Assembly (NCBI GenBank): GCA_032718475.1
Contig: JAUCBJ010007264.1
Span: 31,183 to 95,182 of the forward strand
Source of the DNA: Nemertoderma westbladi
Lineage: Eukaryota > Animalia > Xenacoelomorpha
Length of the DNA: 64,000 bases
Reading direction: 5' to 3'
The position numbers were made by a program, and so were the translations under genes. Numbering within the stretch: position 1 is the first letter of the stretch; each line of letters starts with the position of its first letter. A model generated the notes under the pieces. That model was not told where the DNA came from and made no database searches. It saw only the letters and a list, made by a program, of their open reading frames with translations. This document shows, piece after piece, positions 37,623-50,100 of the stretch.

Positions 37623-38371
37623 TCAGCAGTGACGGCCGCATTGGTACAAAGTGTATCCCATTAAATTCCAAGTGCCCCTGTTCCACTCCTCAGTTTCACT
37701 TTCATAATAACACTTCATGCCAGGGCAATCTTCCTTATATAGTTCGTTCTAACAAACAATAAATCATCACAAACAAAATTAATCGTAACAAACTAGTAAT
37801 TTATCTAAACCTTAACATTATCCACCAAATCCCAATTTACTGTAGTATATCGATTTTGTATATAAACCGCAAGTACGAATAATTATATTTGATATATTAA
37901 TAATAGATATTGCCATATTGGGCTAAATAGGAACTGAAATCCTTATAGGGGGAAAGGAGCAGGTTACAGTGGAACGCTATTTTAACCAAAACAATAAACT
38001 AAGCACAATAGAACAGGTTACAGTTATATTTTTGAGAATAATCAGCTGTTATTTGCGTCGAATTTCTCGATTACTTTTACGTAATGAGGACACCCACTCA
38101 CTACTCTTAAACAACAACAGCGTATACTACGAGAACGTATGGTAGTCGATTATCGCCTTGGATTATCCTATTTGAGATTCTTACCAACCTGAGAGCAGCA
38201 TTTTGTACAGGTGTGTTTATCTCCACTTAGGGTATAGCATTTCTGATTTCGCTCGGCAACGTCCAGGAATGCATCAGCCTCAGACTTGTTTACCTCAGGG
38301 TGAGGGAGTTCCCGTCCAAGGGTCATACAGATGTGTAACAATACAACAGATAATATCAACATAGAGTTCAT
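37623..38371 (-). CDS. Secreted cysteine-rich peptide precursor, copy 2 (exons 38371-38189 and 37748-37623; 102 aa)
   Basis: Mature NQKCYTLSGDKHTCTKCCSQ|NELYKEDCPGMKCYYESETEEWNRGTWNLMGYTLYQCGRHC*. Frame and all Cys kept; stop changed TAA to TGA. Confidence 0.75.
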
Positions 38372-40052
38372 TTTGTATAGTTCTAACTTCAATCTGGATT
38401 TGTTTTTACTATGTAAAAGATATACCAGTACTGTATACAACAAACTAGTTTTAATAGTAAAAAAATATTGTCTTATTTCGCAATAGCCTAAATATTTATT
38501 TAGATGAGGCGATCTCACTTTATCGCGTGGCTTTTGTCTGAGTTCTTTAATAATCGTAAATCATTATCCGAAATTGCAATATGTGACTTCAGTCAATTCT
38601 ACTGTACTGTATTGCAGGGGGTACCGATAAAGGTGGTGGTGATACGGGTGTAATATACAGATATTGTGGTATTATCAGCCATTTTTATGCAATAAATTAT
38701 TTTCCGCGCAGCTCGCCAGATCGCCAGCGAGAGTTTTATTGTCTATAGTCTACGGATACTGGGCATTTGGTGGGTAGACCAAATAGTAGACCAGGCATAA
38801 CATTGTAACTTCGGTTTTCACAATAATGTGGGCCTAGTAATAAAGTAATCATGTAATAATTAAAGGTAGTCGGTTATAGTCGTAGTCTGATGAACATTCA
38901 TTTTTAGCAAGACATGTGCTGTAATATTGCACATTAATTAAAATAGAATTCAGATTGATAAATCTAAATTAAATCGTATAATCAAGGTGCAACATGAATT
39001 TAACATTAACTTACCGCAATACAATACATGGCTTAGATTAATTTTTCCCATTAAATTTACAATGTTCATTTTGTGTTAATAATTGTTGTAATGTTTTAAT
39101 ATATCTGTTACAAAATATGTCAGGTACAAACTCTAATTATTATGAACCTGGCCGGATAAAAACAGCGGGTTGATGTAATGTTTTGAAACAGGTAACTAAC
39201 TCTCTGGGTTTGAACTTGACGACAACTGACATACCTAATTTCTTCGAATAAGAGCCTGGGCGTTTAAGTTTATAAATTGGGGAGCTGTTTATTCGAGGGG
39301 GGCGTTTATTAGGGGAAGGCGTTGTGGTTGGAGTGGGGGGCAATTTTGTTTATATTCTAGATTTTCAGCATTTTGAATCTAACCTAATAAATAATTTTGT
39401 TAAATTCAAGAAAACAAGTTAAACAAATGAAATAATTCAAATAAAACCAGGATTATATTTATTGCACATACAGCTGTATTGTACATACATACTACCGCGG
39501 TACAACACTCTACAGTATATTTACCTTCAGTCACATGACATTTGGCCCTATATATTAATGATAATCGTATCCGACAGTGAATACTATGTCGGTGTATCTT
39601 TGGATTTTTGTAAAGCCTTCGACACAGTAAACCACTAAATCCTGATACAAAAATGACAACGCTATGGGATCACTGATGTTGCCCTTGTCTGGATTACTAG
39701 CTATCTTACATATCGAGTGCAATATGTGACTATAGTTACAGCCAAATCAAACTATGCTACAATTGTAATAGGATTGCCACAAGGGTCGCCAGGCCCGTAC
39801 CGTGCGGGGGCGGGGGGGGGGGGGGGGGCTTTGAGGGCACTGCCCCCCCCAGACAAGACCCACTGCCCCCCCCAGTCATGTCTTGCCTTTTATTAAAACG
39901 TCGTCATATTAGTCATGATATTGTTGGTAATCAATATTATTGGATTCACATACAGGTACTACTTCTACCCACTGACCTGACTCCCCACCATTACTTTTGG
40001 TCAAATCTGCCTTGCCGCGGCATGACTAGTCCTCTCTGTTGCAACAGCCAAG

Positions 40053-41008
40053 TGTTCGCGCTTTCAGACCTTTAGCAGTTTAACCTGCCAAATTGGGATG
40101 TCTTTTAGATGATAGATCGTCTTTAGCCTATGACAAGTATTTGATACCCTACATTAGCCGAAGCCAGTCTATGCGCGATCATTCACCCGTTGGATATACC
40201 CGGGAGACTGGATTCGGAAGCCTAACCGTATTGCGGGGTAGGCCTACTGTATTATTCGACTGATCGTAATATATAATCTCTGACAAATATTATTCACTTT
40301 CGGGAAATATTAACAGTTCCTTTAGGACGTGGCGCTCTAAATATGTAAACAGAGTTATGACTTAAACTAAACACAACGGGATGGCTATAGATTCATGTAT
40401 ATGGCGCATTCTTTAGGAGATGCTTTGTTATCAGTCACAATCATACACAATACTGCACAATGCTGCACACTAATCTGCCGACCTTCACTTATTTTAGTCA
40501 CATATAAAGAGAACAACAGACAATACATGTAGGGCCTATGAAATAGCATTAGATTCACTTCAAACCACTTAATGTAAGTCGCAATCGTTATATGTAACCG
40601 GTCTCTCTAACCTTTAGTATATCAAGAAGATTGGGGTGTCTGATTATTTATCAGTATTCCAAATATAATATTCCATCAACAACTATAATGAATAACCGAC
40701 AGTAAATAGCAGTACAAAGTTTAAGGTATGAATGGTTTGTTAAGTTATGGATTGTTTAGTTAAGTATGTTATGGTTCGGATTGATAACAGATATACGTTC
40801 TATAATTAAGCCTACTAATGTTGGGCTAAAGACTGAAACACGGAGGTTCCAAAGCCGGTGTTCTAGGCTGTGGACAAAATCACATACTGTCTCAACTCCA
40901 CGAGTTTCCGTATACAATCTCTAACGCAGAGGCAAAAAACGAACAAAGAAGGAACAGAGAACAAAGAAAAAGCTCCACATGTACAGCATCAGCTGTTAGC
41001 CGTCGTCA
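40053..41008 (-). repeat. 3' LTR of element C
   Basis: TGACGA...GCGCGAACA, homologous to 19222-20240. The 3' end is exact; the 5' end is inferred from loss of similarity. Confidence 0.8.
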
Positions 41009-41558
41009 TGGTAGCTACACTGTTTCAAGAGGATCCGGCGTATTGCATCATAGAATTGCTAATTATGTCCGCTAAAGTACACATACAGAAGAAATGGCTT
41101 TTATGTCCTCTAAAACACCAGTACAGTAAGGACACGGCCTTTTATGCCTGTTAAACCAACTACAGAGTACTTTACGGGGAAAATAACCGGCTAATTCCGC
41201 AAAAGCCTTTACACCGCTCCCAGAAAATGGGATTTAAGTCTATAAAATATAACAAATCACAGTTTCTAAAATATAAAAATACTCTAAACAGTTAGTCTTT
41301 CTTACGCGGACGGCGTTTACGCAGTTTTTTGAGGCTAGCAAGAGTCCTTTTCTCTTTGGGGCGAGCCACTTTACTAGGAGGGCTGTAACTCCTGGGTGAA
41401 GGGTGCAATACAATTGCATCAGAAGGTTTAGGATTACGATCGGTGTATCCGCCGGTCGAGGTACCTGGTTGATCGATATCAACTTCAGTGGAGCGAGGTC
41501 TAACGGCCTTTAGGGCGCGTCTTAGGACAGCAGCTCCTACGGGTCCTTGACGGGTCGT

Positions 41559-44500
41559 CTAGACAATGGCGGTAGGCGGACCGTGAGTGGTGAGAAACTT
41601 CCTTGGTTTAATGGTTCTTTCCAGCTCGCGTTCTCGGGCTCGATATTCGTAGGGCCGTCGAGATACTTCCTGTAACTCAGGGTGCGAGTTGATAAATAAA
41701 TCGCCATACTCAGGGTCTTGACGGATGAAATTGATCAAATGATATGAAGTAATATCGTTAGGATTGACGTTCCTAAGATATTTTCGAACAAATTTGGTGG
41801 AAATACACTCACCAACACGCTTCATTAGTTCGTAACTCGGTGTGCGTGTTTTTTGTTCCACAGACGCGAATAAATAAGGATGGAACGCGTAAACTCCCTC
41901 GTAAGAGCGTCCAGGGTAGTAGCGATGGCGGGACTCACAATGTAAATCCGCGTTCGCTTCCCAAGCTCGGATGTAGCGCAGGGTAATCATCTCATCTATG
42001 CTTTCTAAATCGCGGTTAAAGGGGCAATTATAACTGGCATGTCCTTTAAGTTGACAGTGGTGGCATTGGGTCATAAATTGGGGGCAGACTGCAAAAATAT
42101 GCGAGTTATTAAGTCTGCAATACGCACAATAGATCTCCATCATCGGTTGTTCGTGGAAATAGGAGCAGGGTACGTCTGAGTCCATAGGGGTGAAATGGTC
42201 TCTCGATGCGCATAATCGACAACGTTTTCGAGAAACGTAGTTGGCGTGTCGATAATCGTATGCGGTGAGACATTGTGGACCTTGATACCACTCCAAGACG
42301 TAATCGTTATCGCTGCTCCGGGGCGCTGTAGGCTGGATCGCTTCAGACTCTAAGCAGATTGGTTCGTCTTCCAATTGCATAGCTGAGGTAGGTGCGGCTG
42401 TCTCCGCAAGCGGACCCACTGTCTGAACTTCCCGTGGGTAACCCGTGGGTATTCGGGGTCTTTGTATAACAGATGAATGTAAGTTCTGTATACAAACGTC
42501 CTGAAAGAGGGCAAATCCCGCGCTGTTTAGCTTCTCCGCAGCTGAGTCTCTTAGGCTGAGTTTGGTCAGAGCGCGGTCCTTGAACTGACTATCAACGTTA
42601 CGGAACGGAGTCAGAAAGCGCCTGAAACATTCGAAGCGGATGAATTTATTGTGTTCATCTAACTTGGCGAGTTTGGTTCCAAGTATTAAGGGATGGGCGC
42701 GTATGCTATGACTGCACACATCGGCTAGCCAACCGGCAAGTGCTGCGTTTTCAAAGATCGTGTATATAGCTAAGGAGGGACGAAGTGGAACACTCATAAA
42801 GCTATACACAGCGCCAGTTGCGGTCAATGGTCCATCAAAGTATAAACGAGAATAATGATCTCCATATACTTGTTGGTAATTTATAGGATTTCCAACCTTG
42901 AAATTCCATCCGTATTCTTGAAAGGCAAGATGTCCGATGGAGGTTCGTTGTACTTTAGTAATGCCGCTGGGTGTATTGGCATACATAGTGCGGAAGAAAC
43001 CTCGGCCTTCTGCCCAGGGAGCAATCAGCTGAGTATCAACGAAAGGGTATGGAATGTTCTCCATATTCCGAAAGTCGTTTTGTAGGTCTCCATAAACAGC
43101 TGAGCCGATTTTAAGGATTCTTTCGTTAAACAACATCTCGAGCACGGGCTGGGGTAACATCGATCCATCGATACCCATGGCCGGTTTGCGCTCGGTGTCG
43201 GTGACGTAACGCTGCGCGAGTTCGAATTGTCCATGTCGGAGTTTCTTTTGTGTCTCAGTAAGAGTTTCAAAAGAATAATCAATCACATCGGAACACGCTC
43301 GAGTAAATACGTGGGTAGAACCAGCGAGTCCTCGTATGTGTATCATCCGCGTAGTTCCCAGTTCTCCAACCGGAACGCTACCTTCGTTATCGTAAGTGAC
43401 AACTCCATACATCTCGATAACGTTAAGAGTTTCGTTCCACTCTTTAGTGGCGTTTTCGAGGGTCATTCCCACAGGATGCCACAAGGTAGCGCATTCGCTA
43501 GCATTAGGTAGGTCTCTATACTTTAAATATTGTGTGGTATATGTTTCCACATCTCCATATCGTTGTATTCTTTCCTCCTCGAATAACACGTCAAGATTCC
43601 AGTGTACTAAACGAGTTTTGATGAATCCATCAAGATTATACGGAGGTATTGTTTCTTTCTCTATTCTGGAAACATTATATGGTTTTCGAAATGAGTTTAC
43701 ATTAACTAACTGATCCAGATGTTTCTGCAGTTGTTCGAGTTCGACAAGATCGAGAGGATTTATTAGTGGTAGAAACCTCAGACTATGTGTAGGATCTTCC
43801 GGTTTTACCATGTAATATTGTGTTAGATTGACGTAATAAGGGTGATCTTTGATCCCATAAAACGAGTCCGGTAAAGGTCTAGCGCGTATGTTTACATCGT
43901 GTACCATGCGACGGACAAGATCCGCTCTATTGTCCGGAGGTTCAACGAGTATACCATCGACACGAGCGGCTTCGATGGGCGGACGTTGCAACATGGGAGC
44001 GTCAGCGATAAGATCTCGAGATCTTAGGTTGATATCAACCGGTTGGGGTTGTACCGTCGCAAAGAGTTTGTCTACGAAATGGGGAACCATCGAGGGATGA
44101 AGGATGGTTTTAGAGTAGAGATCCGTCATAAGGATTTGAGCTTCGGGTTGAGCTAAAGCTGCTTCTTCTCTCTCATCTAGTTCTATATGTCTCTCCTCGA
44201 GCTGATTTTCCTCCGCTTGTTGTTGTAGACGCTCATCTAGGAACTCTTGTAAAGAGTAGGTTCATCCACGTTCGATGTCCTCCTCGAGATTTTGTATTTC
44301 TCTATCGAACTGGGGTAAAGCTAATTCCTTCACCGCTTGGACTTGTTGTTGCAATTTACATTTCTCCAAACAATCGTAAGTTCCCTTTCCGATTTTCAGC
44401 CGAATAGTGTCTAACGCGTTTCGTACGACGCTCTCTTCGACTTCCGTAACGGGTTGGATCGAGGTGAAGCCGGGACGGTTGTATGGGTTAAACGGGTTAA

Positions 44501-45551
44501 ACGGCGATATTAGATGACCGCGTCCCAATCCAGCTAGGTAGGGTTGGCGAATATCTAGTGAGCCTACTACCGGAGTGCCACCGATCAACTGTTCGGGTAA
44601 CACTAGATCTTTGAACAGTGAGTACAGTTCGGGAGGATCCGTGATACTATTAGGATCAAGAGTCTGAGGTCTAACTGAGGAATGAGGAGGTCTGACCGAG
44701 TATTCCGGAACTCTGATCATTGGTTTGTTCAAGGATCGTTTGAGTCGAGCGACCGTAGGGGATACGTCGAACAGGTTTCGCTCGAAACTCCCATAAGTAT
44801 ATCGTGTAAAACTGTGTTTAGCGCAACGTCTCCGCGGATGTTTATGTCTTTCCGTTTGCTGATTGGGTCTAGGGCATTCGTCGCAGTAATACCAAAGACG
44901 CACGTCCTGCAGGGGAAACGCGGGTGATCGTTCTCCAGTTTTACAATATTCCTCCATCTGTTCGAAGCTATCTGGGACGACAGGTAGCGGTCGATCGGCG
45001 GTAAGATACATCATAGTGAAATAGAGTCGTTTGAGTTCTATCATAGGATCATGATGTATACCTTGAGGATATCGAGTTTCGAGATTTTGTTGACTGGCAA
45101 TATTGAGGTATGTCTCTCTAAAGAATTCCAGATAATCGTTGAAGTCGCTGCGTTTATCTGGCTCTTCAACGTCTTCCCTTTCGAGTCTGTTTCGAATAGA
45201 GTTCTCGTGTTCTATTCTCGGTTTATCGTTCCGACTCCGCTGGGTATGATATTTAAATAAAACCATTTCCCTTTCGGTATCTACATCGTCCGTATTGTGT
45301 AAATCGATAGGATGGCCGGTAGTTAAGAAGTCCATATACGTACCATTACGATGCGTATAGCGAGCGGTGAACTTTCTATAATCCAATTCACGCGTAAGTT
45401 GCTCCGGGCACATTGGCGGTTCGATATAACGACCATCATCCTCCGTAGTAGTTGGACCAGCGTCGCCGCGTATCAAGCTATCGACAAACGCTTGTAAAGG
45501 TAGAGTATATCGCTCCCTGATACTAAGATCATCTTCTATCAACTCAGTCAT
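41559..45551 (-). pseudogene. Element C ORF2 (1330 codons, one internal TGA at 44262-44264): CxxC/CxxH finger + DEDDy-type exonuclease + 3 CCHC knuckles
   Basis: Both ORFs share a frame with 44 open codons between (ERG*TYSLQEFLDERLQQQ..ILMTDL). Motifs TYDNEG, KIGSAVYGDL, FVDT, SIGHLAFQEYGWNFK, PLRPSLAIYTIFE; CRLC..H..C, CAYC..H..C, CHHCQLKGHASYNC. Confidence 0.88.
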
Positions 45552-47193
45552 ATCTGCTATGAGTTTATCAATATTATTATGAGTTTATATATTAGGCTAG
45601 CGGGCGTCGCTGCCTACCCCTCTTTTGCCCCCGGACAGTGCAAGATCCTCAGCGCCGATGTACCGTCGTCGCTGTGCTTTCGCCAACGATGTAGCTACAC
45701 AACGACAACGATAACCGGCACAAGTCACTCCACTGTCCGTCCCAAAGGCTTAGATGTACTTCAGGTTCTTTCTGGAGAGTTAGGGCTACTTTCACAATTG
45801 CGACAAGCTACTGTAAACACACTTTAGCAGTAACATTCACCTATGAACGCACAAATTCAACACAACTGCCACAAACTGTACACATTCGGGCCATTTGTCC
45901 GTTAGTCAGTACCTTCCAGAATGTCACTTTATTTATTATGTATCCTTGGATACTAGCAGTGCGCTATTTATTCCCTATGCTATTCAATGGGGCAAGCTTT
46001 CTATTGTTCTGTTAACTCACTTCTAATTCTAGCGTGGTTGTTGCCATGGTGACATTATGGAAAGCTAGCGGTATAATTAGGGTAATTCTCATGCATACAG
46101 ATCTGGGATGCTATTTAATAGTAATTCTTTAATTGTCAATATCCTCTCTATACATGATTTTATGAATTTTATCGGCTATTGACTATATATTGGAGATTCT
46201 CGCACACAAATACACTTAATAGAGTGAATCTCCGCTCCCATGATCTATTAATTAATGGAATTTTTGGGAATGTTATAAATTGTATAAAATGACAATTTAT
46301 TAAATTCATTGAAATATATGAATTTAAATTTATTCCCGTAAATTTTATTATTTAATGTTAAATAGACACAATTTTATTCCAGAACGTGTCTGGGGACTAC
46401 TGGGATCCTTGATTCTAGGAATTTTGTCTTTTTAAGAGTATCGGTAAGTGCTACGATATCTTAATCGACTAGAATTTTAAAGGATCCAAAATTCGACAGA
46501 TTTTGTAAATATTAATAATTAATATTTAGGATGGGCACCAGTTTATTCCAGAACTTGTCTGGGGACGTTAACCACTGATTCTAGAATTTTGTCTTTCAAG
46601 TATATCGGTGGGTGCCGCGATATCTTAATCGACTAGAATTACAGATGGTCAAAGGGTTTAACAGATTTATTTGCGTTGTACGCTACTGTTAAAGGGACAT
46701 CACGCTACTATATGTATTATTTAATATACGGTATGAGAGCAATATCGCACGAAGCAATGTCAGTGAGAAGAGGCAAGTCGTTTCCAAGGTCTACCCAGAG
46801 CTTGGTTTAGCCGAGACACGAGGATCTGAATTTTGCATTCCTAATACTCTGCTTACCAATAATACTTAAATATAGTAGGAGCTTTATTGTACTTTAATAA
46901 GTACGGACATTTCATCTTACTGTAGTTATGTATTTGTAATGTAATACGGACGGACAGTAAGGAAGGAGAAAAAGAATTATTTCTCGCCGTCGCACTAAAT
47001 ATATAATATATAAGTAATTAAGTAATAAACGCTAATATATATAGCACTAATCTACTAAATAATCGCTAAAATAACATTCTACTAAATAAAATTAAAGAAA
47101 ACGATTATAATAAAATTACATAATAACACATACATAAATATAAAAGAATAAAAACAAATATAAAATATAGTCATACACCCACTCCAGTCGTTG

Positions 47194-50100
47194 TTAAGTT
47201 GGGGAGTCCCTAGATGTTTGTTGGATTAGGGAGGTGGTCGTGGGAAGAGTATCTTGCCTTCCATAGTTTCCGGAGAGTTCTCTGTCTCTTTCCAGTAAAC
47301 ATAAGCGACCAACTGGGCGATTGAGCTGCTGTGTCTCGAAGACAATTCCCGGTTTCTTGAAGTTACGTCGCATGATGACGAGTTCTACCGATCGCACCAA
47401 ACCGTCCTCCGAGATGTGAGTCTCGATGATACGACCTGTCTGCCACTGCTTATGTGGAAGATCTACATCCACAATAAGAACCATGTCTCCAGCGATGACG
47501 TTTTCTTGCTGCGCAAACCACTTAGTTCGAAGTTGTAGCGTGGGCAGATAATGTTTTTCGAAATGGTCAGCGAAACGACGGGATAACAACTGCATGAGTT
47601 GCCAAGTTTGCCGGCAGTATTCGTCTCCGTCTGTGATTTCCGATTGTGGGAGCATGGCTACAGGTTTCTTCAGTAGGAAGTGCGCGGGTGTTAGCGCTTC
47701 CAGGGAATCGGGACTCGATGAGACTGGCATAAGCGGTCTCTCGTTGAGATAGGCGGCAATTTCCTCCATTAACGTCCGCAAAAGTTCGTCGGTGAGATAC
47801 GCGCGGCAAGGCACTATAAAGTGAAATGCTGTCTTCACACTTCTTATTAATCTCTCCCAACTTCCTCCCCACCAAGGGGCATCGGCGGCGTTGAAGGTCC
47901 AGCTAGACGCTGTTACTCGTAGCTGATCGTCCACCTGTCTTTGGTTCCAATCTTTGACGTAAGCTTTGATTTCATGGTTGGCACCAATGAAGTTTGTTCC
48001 CTTATCAGATCTCATCGTGTTACTAGTGCCAAAGCGAGCGATCTGTCGTCGTAAGCTTAATAGAAAGCTGTTGGTAGATAAATCGTTCACCATATCGAGA
48101 TGGATAGCTCTACAAGTCATACAAACAAAGATGACACACCATCTCTTGACTATAGTCCTAGCACGATATACTTCAATAGGGCCAAATAAATCCACACCGG
48201 TATTAGTAAAAGGTGGTTCATAGAAGCTTACTCGTTCCCTAGGTAATTCTGCCTCTCGCTGTGTTAAAGGCCTACTGAATGCTTTCCTACAGGGTATGCA
48301 GTTCCTAAGAACTTGGTTCAGAGCTCTACGGGGTTTATAAAAATAATAGCGAGTTCGAATTTCGCTAAGAACTCGTTCTCTACCAGCATGATAAAGTTTG
48401 CTGTGAACGTCTACAATCATCTTGACTTGTATTTCAAGATTTCTAATGAGTATGGGAAACTTAGTGTCAAAGGATAATGGAGCATTCGTTAATCTTCCTC
48501 CAACACGTATCAACCCATCTATCATTGTGCTAGAGAAACGATCCCTTAAGCGCATCTGCGGAGATCTCAACAACAGGAAATACTTATCGGAATCCTCATA
48601 GCATTGCAGGAGTCTCAGCATCTGCTTGTTGGTTTCTTCATGCTCCTGATAACTGATCTTCTCCTTCAGAAACCTGTCGGATATATTATATTTGGGAAGA
48701 TCTTTAACAACATGGACCTGCACCGATGTTAGTGGAGCGGTATCACTTTTGGTCTTCATCCCGGAGTAGTGATGGTGAAAACATCTTTTTAAATATGTAA
48801 CGGCCTTACAGAGCCGATTCCAGGAACTGTAGTGATGTATCGCTCTCTGCAGGAGAGGTGAGAGTCCTTACGAGACGTCTGGTATTCCAGATTTCCAATC
48901 CTTCTCACGGATTTCCACAACAAGTTTATTTGTGGCTGTGGGTTTCTGATCCAAAGTGTCGTCTCCGGAAGTATGTAGTACAGACAGATCTACCATGGGT
49001 TTGAATAACTTCGATTTACTCGCCCGAGTTTTAGGTTTGACTTTCTCCGCTCCCTTGGCCTGTCTAATCTCTGCTGTAGTAAGATGAGGAGGCCATTCTT
49101 CTTCTTCTTTGTAGAGGAAGTCGGGTCCACCTAACCAGTCTGGAGTATCTACCAGTTCTCGTGGAGTTGCTCCCCTGGAGGCGATGTCTGCTGGATTAAT
49201 CGTTCCGGGGCAATGTCTCCATTGATCCATCGTTGTGCGACTGAGTATAATGGCTACTCTGTTGGTAACGAAGACGCTGAACTGACAGACTTCATTGGTT
49301 ATATACTCCAACACGAGTAAAGCGTCGGTCCAATAGACAGTTTTCTCCAGTGGATAGTCGATCTGTTCTGTTACATTCCGGCCGATGGCTGTAGCGTATA
49401 GAGCCACCTTTAACTCCGCTCGAGGAACTTTCAACTTGTTGTTTATCAGTGCCTTAGAGGTAACCAAGGCGACTTTGATTCCGTCCGGAGTTTCCACCCT
49501 TAGGTAGGCTACTATACCTATTCCCATATCGCTGGCATCTCCAAACACATGGAGTTGATAGGAATACGTAGGGAGAACATGACCAAAATATGAACGGGAA
49601 ATTATAAAGTTCTCGATGGCTGGTAGAGAATCTTCCCATCTCATCCACTTCTTTAATAATTCTCCCTTAAGTGGATCGTCCCATGAGTGGTTTTCAAGCC
49701 ACATTTGTTGTACTAAACTCCGAGCAATCAATATAACTGGGCTAATAAATCCCAATGGATCGAAATAAGTGCTCAGGATACTTAAACAAATCCGTTTAGT
49801 CCGAACTGGATTATCTCGCTGTTTTAGTTGGAAAAACAGGATATCTCTTTCTGTGTCCCATTTCAAACCAAGGGTCTTAGTTTCTGGGAGATCATCTTTT
49901 ATTAGATCTAGGTCTTTCGCTCCTCGATCTTCTACCGGGATCGATTCCAGAAACTCATGGGAGTTGCTGGTGAATTTAGTTAATCGAAATCCACCTCTTT
50001 TTAAGCACTCTACAGTTCCTTTAGCGACGTCAATGGCTTCTTCGACTGATAGAAGGGACTTTAGATTATCGTCCATGTATATATCCCGCTTGATGTTGTC

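Larger units (their letters stand above)
34890..40052 (+). repeat. Segmental duplication, copy 2 (RTE 3' fragment 34890-35475, LINE fragment 35770-36590, minisatellite, peptide gene, CR1 fragment, start of RTE), cut by insertion of element C
   Basis: Colinear with 21995-28485; lacks both MITEs; ends at CAGCCAAG|TGTTCGCG. Confidence 0.93.

Noticed and set aside
41559-45551. ORF2 as an envelope gene
   Set aside because: No signal peptide, furin/fusion peptide or TM anchor is evident; it has nuclease and knuckle motifs instead.
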